A stretch of DNA of 63,694 nt, the filler included, from Thraustochytrium aureum (taxonomy: Eukaryota): the NCBI GenBank assembly GCA_012862495.1. It is 7 parts of 5 records of this genome, joined end to end, with 100 filler letters (N's around TTAATTAATTAA, not from the genome) between each part and the next. Parts side by side here need not be neighbours in the genome. Positions count along the whole stretch, not along the records: positions 29,108 to 53,632 come from BLSG01000156.1; positions 53,733 to 57,830 come from BLSG01000156.1; positions 57,931 to 61,092 come from BLSG01000160.1; positions 61,193 to 62,564 come from BLSG01000161.1; positions 62,665 to 63,694 come from BLSG01000172.1; 2 more parts are not named here. One strand, given 5' to 3'. Below, piece by piece: positions 52,510-63,694 of this stretch. Every line of letters begins with the position of its first letter. Within the stretch, counting starts at the first letter, position 1. A program made the position numbers and the translations under genes. The notes beneath the pieces were generated by a model. The model was given only the letters and a program-made list of their open reading frames with translations. It ran no database searches and was not told where the DNA came from.

Positions 52510-53632
52510 TCAGCGCTTGGCCCACGGAAGACCCTGCATTATGTTGGAGAGGGTTCCCCGCTTGTTGGTCATCCGCACAGAGAGTAGAGTGCGACCGATC
52601 TTGAGGTGCATCGGGTTGTCGTTGACGAGCTCCATGGGGCCCTTGACCTGCACGAAGGTGCCCCCAAGAGAGGCGCAGTCGTTGAGCTCAAACTGGCGCG
52701 TCTCGCGGTTGAAGGTGATCTTGGCGTGCACGCTGCCCACCGAGCGATCCGAAAGGCGCACATCGGCGTCAGAAGCGCGGCCGATAACCGCCTCGGCCTT
52801 GTCCGCGAAGCTGAGACGGAACCTGCGTGTGCCAACCCAGGACTGGCCTCGGCGGTGGCGCACCACCTTGAGCTCGATGTTGGGTGGCGGGGAGCTAAAG
52901 TGCTGCGGGAGCGGCCCGTTGCAGATGGAGCAATGCCCAGACCCGCTGCTCTTGATCCAGGTGAGCAGGCAATTAAGGTGCACATAGCGCGAGCTGCCCG
53001 AGCACTTTCCGCACGGGTTTTGGATGAGCGGGTTGGCCTTGCCCTGGGCAGTGCCTTTCGAGTCGCTGTCTTCGTCGCCTGTTGCGGCGTCCACCCCGCC
53101 CCAGCAAATGTAGCACATCGCGTCGTCCTCCTCCTCCGCGTCGCCCTCGTCGCTCGTGACGTCGTGCTCCTCGCCCGAGAACTCGGCGGCGGCAGCGGCT
53201 TCGTCCTCGACGTGGAGCTCGACGTTGTCCTCTTCCAAGTTGGAGGCGCCTTCGATGGAGCCTTCTGACTCAGCCTCGTTGTTGCTGGACGACCCGGAGC
53301 CCGCCTTGCCGTCGTGGTCGGTGCGCAGGGCGTTGCGGCTCTGGCCGCCAGTGACTGGATGGTTCGTGGCGGCGGTCTGGGTCGTGGCCGCGTTGGAGAT
53401 GCGGCGCGCGGAGCGGCGGCCCGAGGTGCGGCGGCTCAGGGAGGCGCGCTCGTTGGCGCTGGTGCTAATCTCGACCGCGAAGCGCTCGACAAAGTCGTCG
53501 CTTTCCTTGATGCAGAGGTCGGTGACCTCGAGAGAGACGGAGCCCACCTTGATGACGGTTCCGATCTCGAGGTAGGTCTCGCGCGCGCTCTTCTTGGAGC
53601 CCATGCCCACCATCTGGTACATGCGCGACCTC
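52510..53632 (-). CDS. RING-CH (RINGv) + FHA domain protein, 5' truncated at contig end
   Basis: CYICW...NPLIQNPCGKCSGSSRYVHLNCLLTWI...CSIC (C4HC3); FHA motif IGRASDADVRLSDRSVGSVHAKI...DCASLGGTFV. Confidence 0.9.
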
Positions 53633-53676
53633 NNNNNNNNNNNNNNNNNNNNNNNNNNNNNNNNNNNNNNNNNNNN

Positions 53677-53688
53677 TTAATTAATTAA
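53677..53688. other. Artificial contig linker TTAATTAATTAA
   Basis: Embedded in N runs. Confidence 0.97.
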
Positions 53689-54443
53689 NNNNNNNNNNNN
53701 NNNNNNNNNNNNNNNNNNNNNNNNNNNNNNNNCTTCTGTTGCTTCCTTGCTCCGACCGCCGAAAATGGATACACCCTGGTGCAGCGCGACGTTCATTCCC
53801 GAATATCGGGTGAATAATGAATAGTACGTTGTGGAGATGAGAAATTTTCAGGGAAAAGCCGAGTCTCCATCCTTTTGGCCGTTCTTGCGCTGCTGGGCTT
53901 GTGAGGACCAAAGCCTTGGTGTGCCTGCGTGCGCACGCCTCGTTTTCTGTCACTCCACACACTCTCTGGAAGCGACACAATTCGTCACGAGCAAAACGAT
54001 CCCTGAGGAAGTTTCGCGCTCACTGTGGGGCCCTCCACTCGTCATCGAATTATCAATTGAAGATGCGTTTCGCGTCACTTGGCGTACGCACGCGTCACTA
54101 CCTACCGGTTCGAAAGATGGAGCTCCCTCCATAGGCCAGTCCCACAGGAACCCGGCGGCAACCGAGAGCCTGACGAGCAGCGGCCTTGTGATGCCGAGGC
54201 ACGAAACGCCCGTGACGATAAAGCTCGTGTCGAAATAGTGGCACCACGCAACCTCAAGATTGCTGGGCGGCTGTGCAAGTCGCGAAAGGGGTCGGGCGCG
54301 TTCAAAGACCCCGGGCGCGCCCGACGACCTCGCCCTGCATCAACAACAAAGTACAGACTCTGTCTTTGCAGAGGGTTGCCGGCGGCGGCGGCGGTCAACC
54401 ACTGCTTGCGAAGCGCCAGCTGTCGCAGGCGGAATTCTTCTAC

Positions 54444-56601
54444 TTAGCCTCCTTTGCTGTAGCGCTTCATCTCTGCCATGATCTCCTGGATGCTAACTAG
54501 GCGCGCTTGCAACTTTTGATCCTGGTGGGCCCGCACGAGGTCCTGGAAGCGCGTGTAGTAGAGCAAGAACTGCGTGAGCATCTGCTTGAGTATCTCGCGC
54601 GCATTCTCCGGGCTTGAAAAGTAGTTTGTGACCGCCGAGTCCAGCAGCTCCAGGCCGGACTTCCAGCCGCCTGCAAACTCCTGGATGATCGCTGACAGCT
54701 GCGCAGCACTAGTGCGCGCAGCCCCAGCGGCCTCTGCCGAGGCGCTGCTGCCCTCGCTGCTGCTGCCCTCGGTCTCGCGAATGTACGAGATCATGCTCTT
54801 GAACGACTGCGCCAGTTCCTCCTCGATGTAGAGCGAGGTCTCCTGCGCAAGGAGGTCTTCAAAGAAGGTGATGTCCTCCCCGAGCGCGGCGTCGCTCATG
54901 TTTGCGAGCACGGCGTCCAAGTTGTTGATGCGGAAAATGTGCCGCCCCTTGGCGGTGTCGAGCGCGCGGTGGTGCTGGCGCATCTGGCACGCCCCATCGA
55001 CGAGCTTGTCGACCAGCTCGACGTAGGCCCCGCGCATCTTGGCGAGATTGAGCGGCAGCATTTCGTCCGAGGCGCTGAGCGAGGTGCTCAGGGCGTGTAT
55101 TGAAGAGGCAAACTCGGCGTAGCGCCGCGAGACGCTGCATGCGCCGAGGTCAAGGCGCTGGAGACCGAGACGCGCCAAGCTGGCTTGCTGCAGACTCTTC
55201 AGGTTGGCGTCGAAGGCCTTCTTAAAGGTCGGCCAGAGCAGCATGTTGACGTGGTCAAAGTAGCCGTCCAGGCACGGGACGCGGCGGCGCTCCATAATGA
55301 GCCGGTGCGCCTGCGACGTCCTGATCATCAGCAGAAGGGNNNNNNNNNNNNNNNNNNNNNNNNNNNNNNNNNNNNNNNNNNNNNNNNNNNNNNNNNNNNN
55401 NNNNNNNNNNNNNNNNNNNNNNNNNNNNNNNNNNNNNNNNNNNNNNNNNNNNNNNNNNNNNNNNNNNNNNNNNNNNNNNNNNNNNNNNNNNNNNNNNNNN
55501 NNNNNNNNNNNNNNNNNNNNNNNNNNNNNNNNNNNGAACAACTTTTGCCCCCCGCTGCGCGCGACGTGCACGATGATCGGTGCGGCGTCGGGCTCGCCGG
55601 GCTCGGCCTCTCGACGGGCGAGCTTGGTGGAAGCGCTCTGGCCCGGGCTAGAGAAGAGCGAGGCAGGGGACTTGGCGGCGGCCTCAATGGCTGCGTCCTC
55701 GCCCGCGACTACGTCATCCTTGGCGGGCCCTGGGAGCTGTAGCTTTGTGAGGCTTGTATAGTACGATTTTGAAGAGCTGGTGCAGGATGCGCGACATGGT
55801 GTCCACGTACGTGCCTTTGATCTCCTCGGCCACAGCAGGCGCGTTGGCGGCCAGGAACTGAACAAAGTAGCGGAACTTGATCATCACGTTTTGCTGCATG
55901 ATCTGCACGTTCGTCTTGGGCCTCTTGAGCGCCGCGATCTGGTCGAGAAGGAACACGCGGACCTTTGCAACCGCCTTGAGTCGCAGACGCTCCAGCTGAG
56001 GCTCGACCTCCTGAACCGCCAGCATCTCGCTGGGGGCCACGCCGGCGGCGCCCACGGGCTCCTTTGAGCGCGCGAAGCGCATCTTCTCGTCGAGGTCTTG
56101 GACGTACAGCAGGTAGTCCTCGTTCACCTCGCTCTGGCAGGTGCCCGAGATCAGGGCGTCCGAGACGACGAGGTTGCCCAGGATGGCGCAGAGCTGCGCC
56201 TCGACCTCCTTGCGGTTCTTGAGCTTGACGTTCATGGACAGCGACTCGTCCTGCAGGTGCTTGATCTCGTCGCTAATCCCGCCCAGGTCGGCCTGGAACC
56301 CTTGCAAGATACTCTCCATGGACGCCAGAATCCCATCGCACTCGCTCAGCTGCTCAAAGAGCGCCGCCGACGTTGGCGCTTCTTCGATAAACGCCGGCAC
56401 GCTCCCGCTCTGCAGCGCGCGCAGGTCGGCGTCAATCTGCCTCGCATACTGCCGCAAGTCAACGCCTTGGCCGAGCGCGTCCCGGACAACCTCGTCCTCC
56501 TGAAACCTCCTCAGGTCCCTTTCGATCGAATCCAAGTCAAAGTCCTCTGACGAGAGCCCGAACAGAAGACCTCCGTCCGCGTCCGCCGCCTCACCGGCCA
56601 T
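54444..56601 (-). CDS. VPS52: GARP/EARP complex subunit VPS52 (internal gap; +1 frameshift at 55767-55770)
   Basis: Motifs GVDLRQYARQI, CDGILASMESILQGFQADLGGISDEI..LQ.ES..MNVKLKNRK, PKTNVQIMQQ, RRVPCLDGYFD.VNMLLWP, SRRYAEF and LTQFLLYYTRF. Confidence 0.95.
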
Positions 56602-57874
56602 GCTGCCGCGACCACGTCCACCGCGCGCCAGGCGCCGCCAAACCAAACCCGACCAGGTGAGGATGTCGTACCACTCGAGTACGGCAGGATGCAAGCGCCA
56701 GAGCTCGGGAGACGATAGTCTCCTGCGATGGACGTGCGGGAGGACGACCTCCTGCGGTCGATCAATGCGGCGATCGATCGAGCGAGCGGGCGGGCGAGCG
56801 AGCGAGCGAGCGAGTGCCGCCTCCGCCACCGCGACCTGCACTGCCAGCAGCCGTTCGAGCGCTGGCGCAGTGTAGACAACGACCCGAGCGTGACGAAAAT
56901 GGTCACGTGACGGAGGGACTAATAGTGACGAGAAGGGCCACCGCGACAAAGGCGAGGGTCGCGCTCGTGATGTTGACGAAGACGTGATGAGGCACGAGCG
57001 CTGCCTGCCAGTGGAAAGAGGCTCGCGTTGTGCGGCTCGACGCGGACGCACACTGCCACAATGTCGATGGTTTCGCCGGCAATCTCTGCTGGCGCAAGAG
57101 GTTGCTTGGCGCAAGTTGTTCAAGCTGCTGCAGATCGTCGTCGACGTTGGCGCGGACACTTTGTCGAAGCACATGCTGCGATGCCTGGTCAGGACGAAAA
57201 CTCTGGCACACCGGCGTGGCTATCGTCTTGCTTGCTTACATCGCTCTGCCGTGGTGCGGCATTTTATGTCACAACAGATGCTGTATCTCTATTTTTCAAA
57301 GGCAGAAACGGGACGCACCTGCGCCTGGCCGGAAGCCGCGCGCTCAAATGCAGAGCAGCTCTGGCCTCTGCGACTCTGAAAGCACAGGCGACAACAGCAT
57401 TGGCCGCAACGAGGAAGCCAGCGCCGCAGAAATTGCCAACTGCGGCCCCTCCAGCACAGCGCAGAACTTTGTTGATTCCGTTCCCGTCGGCAAGCTTGGA
57501 CGCAACGACTGCGTGCGTTCGTGTTTGGGGCCGCTCGCCGGGCGCTAAGCCTCCTCCAGTCACAGCAGCTACAGCTCGTCGTGCTGTGGAGTTCCAGTGC
57601 CGTCTTCGTCTCGGGCGGCAAAGAGCTCGGCGACGCGCCGTGCGAGCCCGGCTGCGCCGTTGGCCCAGCGCCAAACTTGGACCTGGGCATCGGACCCCGT
57701 CCCGTTGCCCTGCAGCAACACACGAGCTGGCAAACTGTCCAGTTCGACGTCCGCGCCCGGGTCAAAGCCGGCCTCGCGCAGGATCTCATGCCGCGATGTG
57801 TACTTGCGGTTCGACTTGGTCCCATGCCACNNNNNNNNNNNNNNNNNNNNNNNNNNNNNNNNNNNNNNNNNNNN

Positions 57875-57886
57875 TTAATTAATTAA
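57875..57886. other. Artificial contig linker TTAATTAATTAA
   Basis: Embedded in N runs. Confidence 0.97.
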
Positions 57887-58857
57887 NNNNNNNNNNNNNN
57901 NNNNNNNNNNNNNNNNNNNNNNNNNNNNNNGACGGTGAGCAAGAGGTGAGCAGGGAGGGAGAGTAGGTAGGAGGACTCAGAGTGGAGCTGCTCGAGGCGC
58001 TTGAGGTGCTTGATGAGTCGTTTGCTCTTGGAGCGGCCGGTGGTGTTCTGGTGCTCACTTTCGAGCGCCTCACTGCTCGCTGCCCTGGTCGCTCGGGGCG
58101 AAAGCCCCCTCGAGAGCGAGCTGGCTGGCTGGCTGCTGGCTGGCTTGCTTGTTGCGAGCGCCCGTGGATGGAGCGAGGATGGGGAGGAGGAGGCCGCCTC
58201 TCAAAAGAGCTCCGAGCCCGGGTGCCCTGAGCCACGTCACGTGGCTCATGAAGCCTGTTGACTCATGCGTAGATGGGCGTGATTCAGCTCCGTGGCGGAG
58301 AGTGGGCGGGTGGGTGAGTGCGGGGAGAGGACGAGCGAATAGCGTGGTACTTACTCGCATTCGAGGCGTCGCCTCGCACTCGGGGGCGGAAAAGCGGGCG
58401 GCCTGTTGCCCGGCAGTGAGTGGCTCGTGAGAGGGGGAGCGAGCGACTGCGAGTGCACCTGGACCTCACAGCTGCCCATCATACCTTCCTCCGAGGCGGC
58501 CACAACCGAAAAAAACGTGCTGCCGAGAGGAGCGCTAGCAAGCATTACTACGGTTTTTGGAGCAAATGAAAAGAGTGTGCGTTCGTTCGTTCGGAACAGT
58601 GTGTGTTCGAGCATCGGAAAAAGTTTGGGCCTGCGCCTGGGACACGCGAGTTGGCTGGCGTGTTGGCCAAGCAAGTCCTGGTCAACTGTCCGGCAGGCGC
58701 CGCGAGCGGCAAGCCAACGTTCGAATCAATCCAGCCAAGCTGCTTTTTGCTCGAACAGAGTCCCATACCAACGCATGCTACGAAAGTTACGAGTTCCTTG
58801 CCTTGCCTTGTCCAGGTTGTCCTTGTATGTTCATCACTGGCAGTCAGCGCCACCCGC

Positions 58858-59279
58858 TCACTCCGCCTTGGACTTGCGGGACTGCGCAAGCACGCGCTTG
58901 GTGTTGGCCCCAGTACATGAGGATCTGCACAAGCAAGATGCCCTGCACAAAGACCGAGGACACAAAGCTCATGAGCACCACAGGGTCGTTCATCTCGCTG
59001 AGCGTGGTGAACACGCGCGCAAGCGAGCCCAGCGTGAGCATCAGCTGCGTCACGAAGCTCTGCGGGCCAGTGTGCCGGTTGCGCTCGTTGGCAATAATCT
59101 GCGGAATCGACCCCGAGTGCGCGATCACCGTTGACAAGAGCGGCAGCGGCCAAAGCTTGTCCGGGCGCGTCTTGAGCGCAAAGACGGCCAGCGCGACGCA
59201 GAACACTGCGTACGCCGCGCCCAACGCGACCTGCGTGCCTACCGGGGTGCGCGAGTATTCCAGATCAGCCCAACGAGGG
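58858..59279 (-). CDS. MPDU1: PQ-loop protein, MPDU1/Lec35-like (3' part; 5' end in gap)
   Basis: SIPQIIANERNRHTGPQSFVT...GSLARVFTTLSE..D...ILLVQILMYW. Removing one base from CCCC 58908-58911 gives the tail ANTKRVLAQSRKSKAE*. Confidence 0.85.
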
Positions 59280-60967
59280 NNNNNNNNNNNNNNNNNNNNN
59301 NNNNNNNNNNNNNNNNNNNNNNNNNNNNNNNNNNNNNNNNNNNNNNNNNNNNNNNNNNNNNNNNNNNNNNNNNNNNNNNNNNNNNNNNNNNNNNNNNNNN
59401 NNNNNNNNNNNNNNNNNNNNNNNNNNNNNNNNNNNNNNNNNNNNNNNNNNNNNNNNNNNNNNNNNNNNNNNNNNNNNNNNNNNNNNNNNNNNNNNNNNNN
59501 NNNNNNNNNNNNNNNNNNNNNNNNNNNNNNNNNNNNNNNNNNNNNNNNNNNNNNNNNNNNNNNNNNNNNNNNNNNNNNNNNNNNNNNNNNNNNNNNNNNN
59601 NNNNNNNNNNNNNNNNNNNNNNNNNNNNNNNNNNNNNNNNNNNNNNNNNNNNNNNNNNNNNNNNNNNNNNNNNNNNNNNNNNNNNNNNNNNNNNNNNNNN
59701 NNNNNNNNNNNNNNNNNNNNNNNNNNNNNNNNNNNNNNNNNNNNNNNNNNNNNNNNNNNNNNNNNNNNNNNNNNNNNNNNNNNNNNNNNNNNNNNNNNNN
59801 NNNNNNNNNNNNNNNNNNNNNNNNNNNNNNNNNNNNNNNNNNNNNNNNNNNNNNNNNNNNNNNNNNNNNNNNNNNNNNNNNNNNNNNNNNNNNNNNNNNN
59901 NNNNNNNNNNNNNNNNNNNNNNNNNNNNNNNNNNNNNNNNNNNNNNNNNNNNNNNNNNNNNNNNNNNNNNNNNNNNNNNNNNNNNNNNNNNNNNNNNNNN
60001 NNNNNNNNNNNNNNNNNNNNNNNNNNNNNNNNNNNNNNNNNNNNNNNNNNNNNNNNNNNNNNNNNNNNNNNNNNNNNNNNNNNNNNNNNNNNNNNNNNNN
60101 NNNNNNNNNNNNNNNNNNNNNNNNNNNNNNNNNNNNNNNNNNNNNNNNNNNNNNNNNNNNNNNNNNNNNNNNNNNNNNNNNNNNNNNNNNNNNNNNNNNN
60201 NNNNNNNNNNNNNNNNNNNNNNNNNNNNNNNNNNNNNNNNNNNNNNNNNNNNNNNNNNNNNNNNNNNNNNNNTTGCATGCACTCGCACGAAACCAACTCA
60301 CTGTCAGCAACACAAACAAACGCCTGCAGACCAACAAAAACTGCTCAATCAAAAACCTGCCAGTGAGCGTTCGCTCCGAGGCATTGCTCCGCTTGCAGGA
60401 GTACTCACTCAGCTCTGACAGGCTCACGCACGAGCTGCTGGTGCTGGCAAAGCGGCGGGCAAGTGTCCTTCTCTCCTGGCGGCAGTGCCTGGGCGTGCAT
60501 GCCTGCCTGATTGCCTGCCTGCCTGCGCGTGCATCCTGACGTTGTTGAAAGGCCTGTTGCTCGTGCACACTTGTGGCGCAGCCTCTCGCGAGAGCGAGGG
60601 AGGGGAGCAAGACGCGGGGAAGGAAGGAAAGCGGCCAATGGGCAAAAGCACACGGAGAGTAGTTCGGTGTGTCATTAGTGTTGTGTTGCCAGGCTCCCAA
60701 GAGCGCGGCGTTCAAGCGTGCAGCGAAGGCACGCACAGGGGCAAGCAAGCGACGGTAGACGGCGCCGCACGGGGCTCACGGGCCCGGCTGCGCGGGCCAG
60801 AGTACACCGCCAAACGCAGGTCCAGCTCGTCCAGAGGGCATCAGAGGCGGGGACAACACGTATCCGCTGCTACGAGCCGCTCAAAGCACGTCCAGTCCGT
60901 TCGTGCAAGACTCTTGCTCGATCAGTGCAAGGCAATCCAGTCCAGTCAAAAAAAACGAAGATCCAAC

Positions 60968-61092
60968 CTATTCCTCAACGCCGCCGTCCGGGCCCGCGCT
61001 GGGCTCGGGCTCACCGGTGACAGCGTTGAGCTTGCGCGGCTTGGTCTTCTTGTGCTGGATCTCAAACGTGTACTGGCCGCGAAGAGTGGTCG
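60968..61092 (-). CDS. 3' fragment of an unidentified gene at a contig end
   Basis: Open frame TTLRGQYTFEIQHKKTKPRKLNAVTGEPEPSAGPDGGVEE* with strong GC3 codon bias. Confidence 0.45.
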
Positions 61093-61136
61093 NNNNNNNN
61101 NNNNNNNNNNNNNNNNNNNNNNNNNNNNNNNNNNNN

Positions 61137-61148
61137 TTAATTAATTAA
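61137..61148. other. Artificial contig linker TTAATTAATTAA
   Basis: Embedded in N runs. Confidence 0.97.
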
Positions 61149-61192
61149 NNNNNNNNNNNNNNNNNNNNNNNNNNNNNNNNNNNNNNNNNNNN

Positions 61193-62292
61193 GGTACCAG
61201 AGGGCGGCGAGCGAGCTCGTTGCGAAGGAACTCAGGGCGTCTCCGCCAACGCTCGTGCCCTCCGGGTCGTACTCTGGCGTAACGGCACTGTGCGGGAACG
61301 GCGCGCTGATCTACTCGTGCACCCTTGGCGGCAAGCTGGCCGTGGCGCGCGTTTCGTCGGCCGAGACGAGCGTTGCATTCGACGCGATCCCGCCGTTCCA
61401 GCTCTGCGACCTCGCGGCAAACGACCACGGCCGGCTCGCTTACGGGTCCACGGAAATTTTGCGCATCTATGACGCGCAGCGCGTCGCGACCGGGGCGAGC
61501 GAAGCCTGCCACGTCGCGGCGCTGCAAAAGGACCTGGGCACGCAGTGGGCAGCCCTAGACGTTTGTGCGTCCAACCCCAACCTGTTCGTTTACAACGAGG
61601 GCATATCCGAGGTTCGCATTCTGGACACCAGAGCTCCTGGTCCTGTTTGCGTTGCCTGCGTTGGGCCGCCCGAGGCGCCTCGCGGCACGCTGACCTCGCT
61701 ACGCTTTGCCGCGAATAGCGGGACGCACCTCCTTTTCGGTATGAACTGCGACCGCTCGCCGATCGGCGCAGGAGCTTGCCGCGGGAACGAGCCCGCTGGA
61801 CTCATTGACTTGCGATACAAACCGGGCAAGCCTGTCTGCCTTGCTCCACAGTTTGGCATGTCGGAAGCTGGGACGGCGAGGGTCTTGGTAAACCCAATAG
61901 ACAGGAACCACGCGCTTCTTTCCAGCTCCTCCGGCTGCCACGCCGTCTGGCAGTTCGACAACGCGGATTCTGGGGCGGCTGGGAGCCGTCTGCAGTCAAC
62001 GTTGGCTCGCTCTGAGAGGTCAGGCGAATGCGATGCCGTGCGAATTGCATGTTCGCAAGGTTCGCTTCGCTTTTATGCGACGCACGGGGGCGGCGCCGTG
62101 TCGGAGTTTGTTGCAGAATCGCACGACGCCCGTGGCGACGTTTTGCGGCCCGTGCACTCTTTCCCGCCAGCCCTTCCAGAGTCCGCGCGGGATGCGGGCC
62201 GGGCCTCGTTAGCGCTCGGCAACGGCTGGCTCGCGGTGGCCAATGAAGACTGCAAGGACATCGTGATGTACCGCGGCAGTGGCTTTGCATAA
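61193..62292 (+). CDS. Hypothetical WD40/beta-propeller-like protein (5' uncertain)
   Basis: 345-aa ORF with blade-like ends ILRIYD, VRILDTR, LIDLR and AVWQFD. Confidence 0.55.
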
Positions 62293-62608
62293 AAGGGCAT
62301 CGCTGATTCTTTTTCTTGATCAAAAGTAAATTGTGAAGCCGTCCACAAATCTCCCAACGGGGCGCCTGCAATGCTCTGCGTGGTCGCCTCTCGACGGAAA
62401 AGGCACCGTTCGGCGCGCGCGGGCCCGTGCCCTGTTGCGACGCCCCACACCAAGCAAACAAAGCACCGACGCAACACCAACAACGGAACCGTACCGCCGC
62501 CCGGGCGTCCGTCAACGATGCCCTCTGGGCCACCACGGCCGCCATGGGCGCGCGCGCATGGAATNNNNNNNNNNNNNNNNNNNNNNNNNNNNNNNNNNNN
62601 NNNNNNNN

Positions 62609-62620
62609 TTAATTAATTAA
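62609..62620. other. Artificial contig linker TTAATTAATTAA
   Basis: Embedded in N runs. Confidence 0.97.
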
Positions 62621-62664
62621 NNNNNNNNNNNNNNNNNNNNNNNNNNNNNNNNNNNNNNNNNNNN

Positions 62665-62745
62665 TTCTGTCGTGTTCTGTCGTGTTCTGTCGTGCTCTAT
62701 CTGTTCTGTTGGTTCTGTCGGTTCTGTTGTGTTCCTTTCTGTTCG
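62665..62745. repeat. Degenerate TTCTGTCGTG/TTCTGTTGG short tandem repeat at contig start
   Basis: Seen directly. Confidence 0.7.
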
Positions 62746-63694
62746 CCGCGGTGAGAATGGGCTTGGTTCAGAGAAACAAGACCCAGTCTGCGCGCTTGCG
62801 GAGGATGCAGTAGCGCGGCTTCCAAGGTGCCGCCCAATGCACTGCAGCAGGCAGCCGCCGCCCGGGTCTTTTACTACATTCAATAACTGGAAAACGAAAG
62901 ACGTAGCAAACGCGAGCAGGTGTAGTTGCGCCGCTGGCTTCCGCTTGTCAGCGCCGGTTTTCCACCAACCGGCCGACCACCCACCAAGGACCCCGTGTAC
63001 ACATTCAGCAGACGCATTTCAGCAGCGCGTATAAACGTAACATTCGCACCCCGACAGCCACTTCCACTGGCAGCAGCAACGCAGACCACCTTGAAGACAG
63101 CGGACTCTGTCATGTAACAGACAGCCCCCTGGCAAGTGCCCCCTGAACGGCCCTCTGCCGCCGCACCTTCCTCACAAGAAGCAGGTTCGCGAAAAAAAGC
63201 GGAGGAAAACGCACGAACGGCAAGAGCCCACACTCGCACGACGCCCCTCTGCACAGCCCCCGCGACATTCAAGATGCACCTCAGGGCGCATTCAAGAGCG
63301 GCTCCAAATGAGAGTGCCTCCGTGCATCTCCTCACATAGGTGCATTCTGCAATCGCCGCGCCCTCTGGGCCTTTGTGAGGGTGCATCTAAAGCGACCGCA
63401 TGTTCATACCGGGTGAGAGGCGTGCGCGTGAACCGCATCGTCGCCGAAGGGCCCCCTCGGATGCGATTGCGGATGTGCGGCTGTGGAGGGGATACGCCTC
63501 CGCCTCACAACGTCCGCACCTCGTGCCTCACACTGGCCCGCCAGCTTTCGTGCCCGTGGGCCCTCCACCCTCCGCTGGAATCGAAACAATTTAAAAAAGC
63601 CTTCTTCCCTTCTTTCTTTCCTTCTTTCTTTCCTTCTTTTCCGGTTCAAGGTTTTCGCTCCGTCTTGTGCCGCATAATTCCGTTCGAAAAGGCT

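Noticed and set aside
57030..57830. Possible gene divergent from VPS52
   Set aside because: Broken frames with no recognisable motif, truncated at a contig end; cannot be supported
4581..59279. Apparent cluster of secretory/trafficking genes (Sec8, PIG-C, beta-COP, VPS52, MPDU1)
   Set aside because: They lie on different pieces separated by artificial linkers, so adjacency is not evidence of a functional cluster
62750..63694. Short ORFs, including a zinc-finger-like FKMHLRAH
   Set aside because: No properly spaced Cys pair and no sustained ORF; treated as non-coding or decayed

Overview
Eukaryotic, GC-rich, gene-dense and intron-poor nuclear DNA. The gene set and style suggest a stramenopile protist such as a thraustochytrid/labyrinthulomycete (inference, not shown by the sequence). 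The window is not one locus: seven draft-assembly pieces are joined by artificial N-TTAATTAATTAA-N linkers, there are many internal N gaps, and several conserved genes carry single-base homopolymer frameshifts that look like sequencing errors. Recognisable genes: SDR, hotdog thioesterase, Sec8/EXOC4, TTL-like, CYP7/8-like P450, PIG-C, GST, beta-COP, NOL9/Grc3, CDKAL1, PKA catalytic subunit, PIMT-like, RING-CH/FHA protein, VPS52, MPDU1-like and a WD40-like protein. The standout is a tandem pair of genes (14037-17236 and 20990-23554). Each encodes a signal peptide, a bacterial-type Endonuclease I/Bsn His-Me nuclease with intact catalytic motifs, a bacterial lamin-tail-like domain, a Pro/Thr stalk and a class C (GABA-B-like) GPCR 7TM domain, i.e. 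a candidate nuclease-receptor for extracellular nucleic acid. Two other unusual fusions are a membrane-anchored UDP-galactopyranose-mutase-like plus carbohydrate sulfotransferase protein (29841-32456) and a DD3-3 ectodomain-TM-SH3 single-pass protein (24544-27042).
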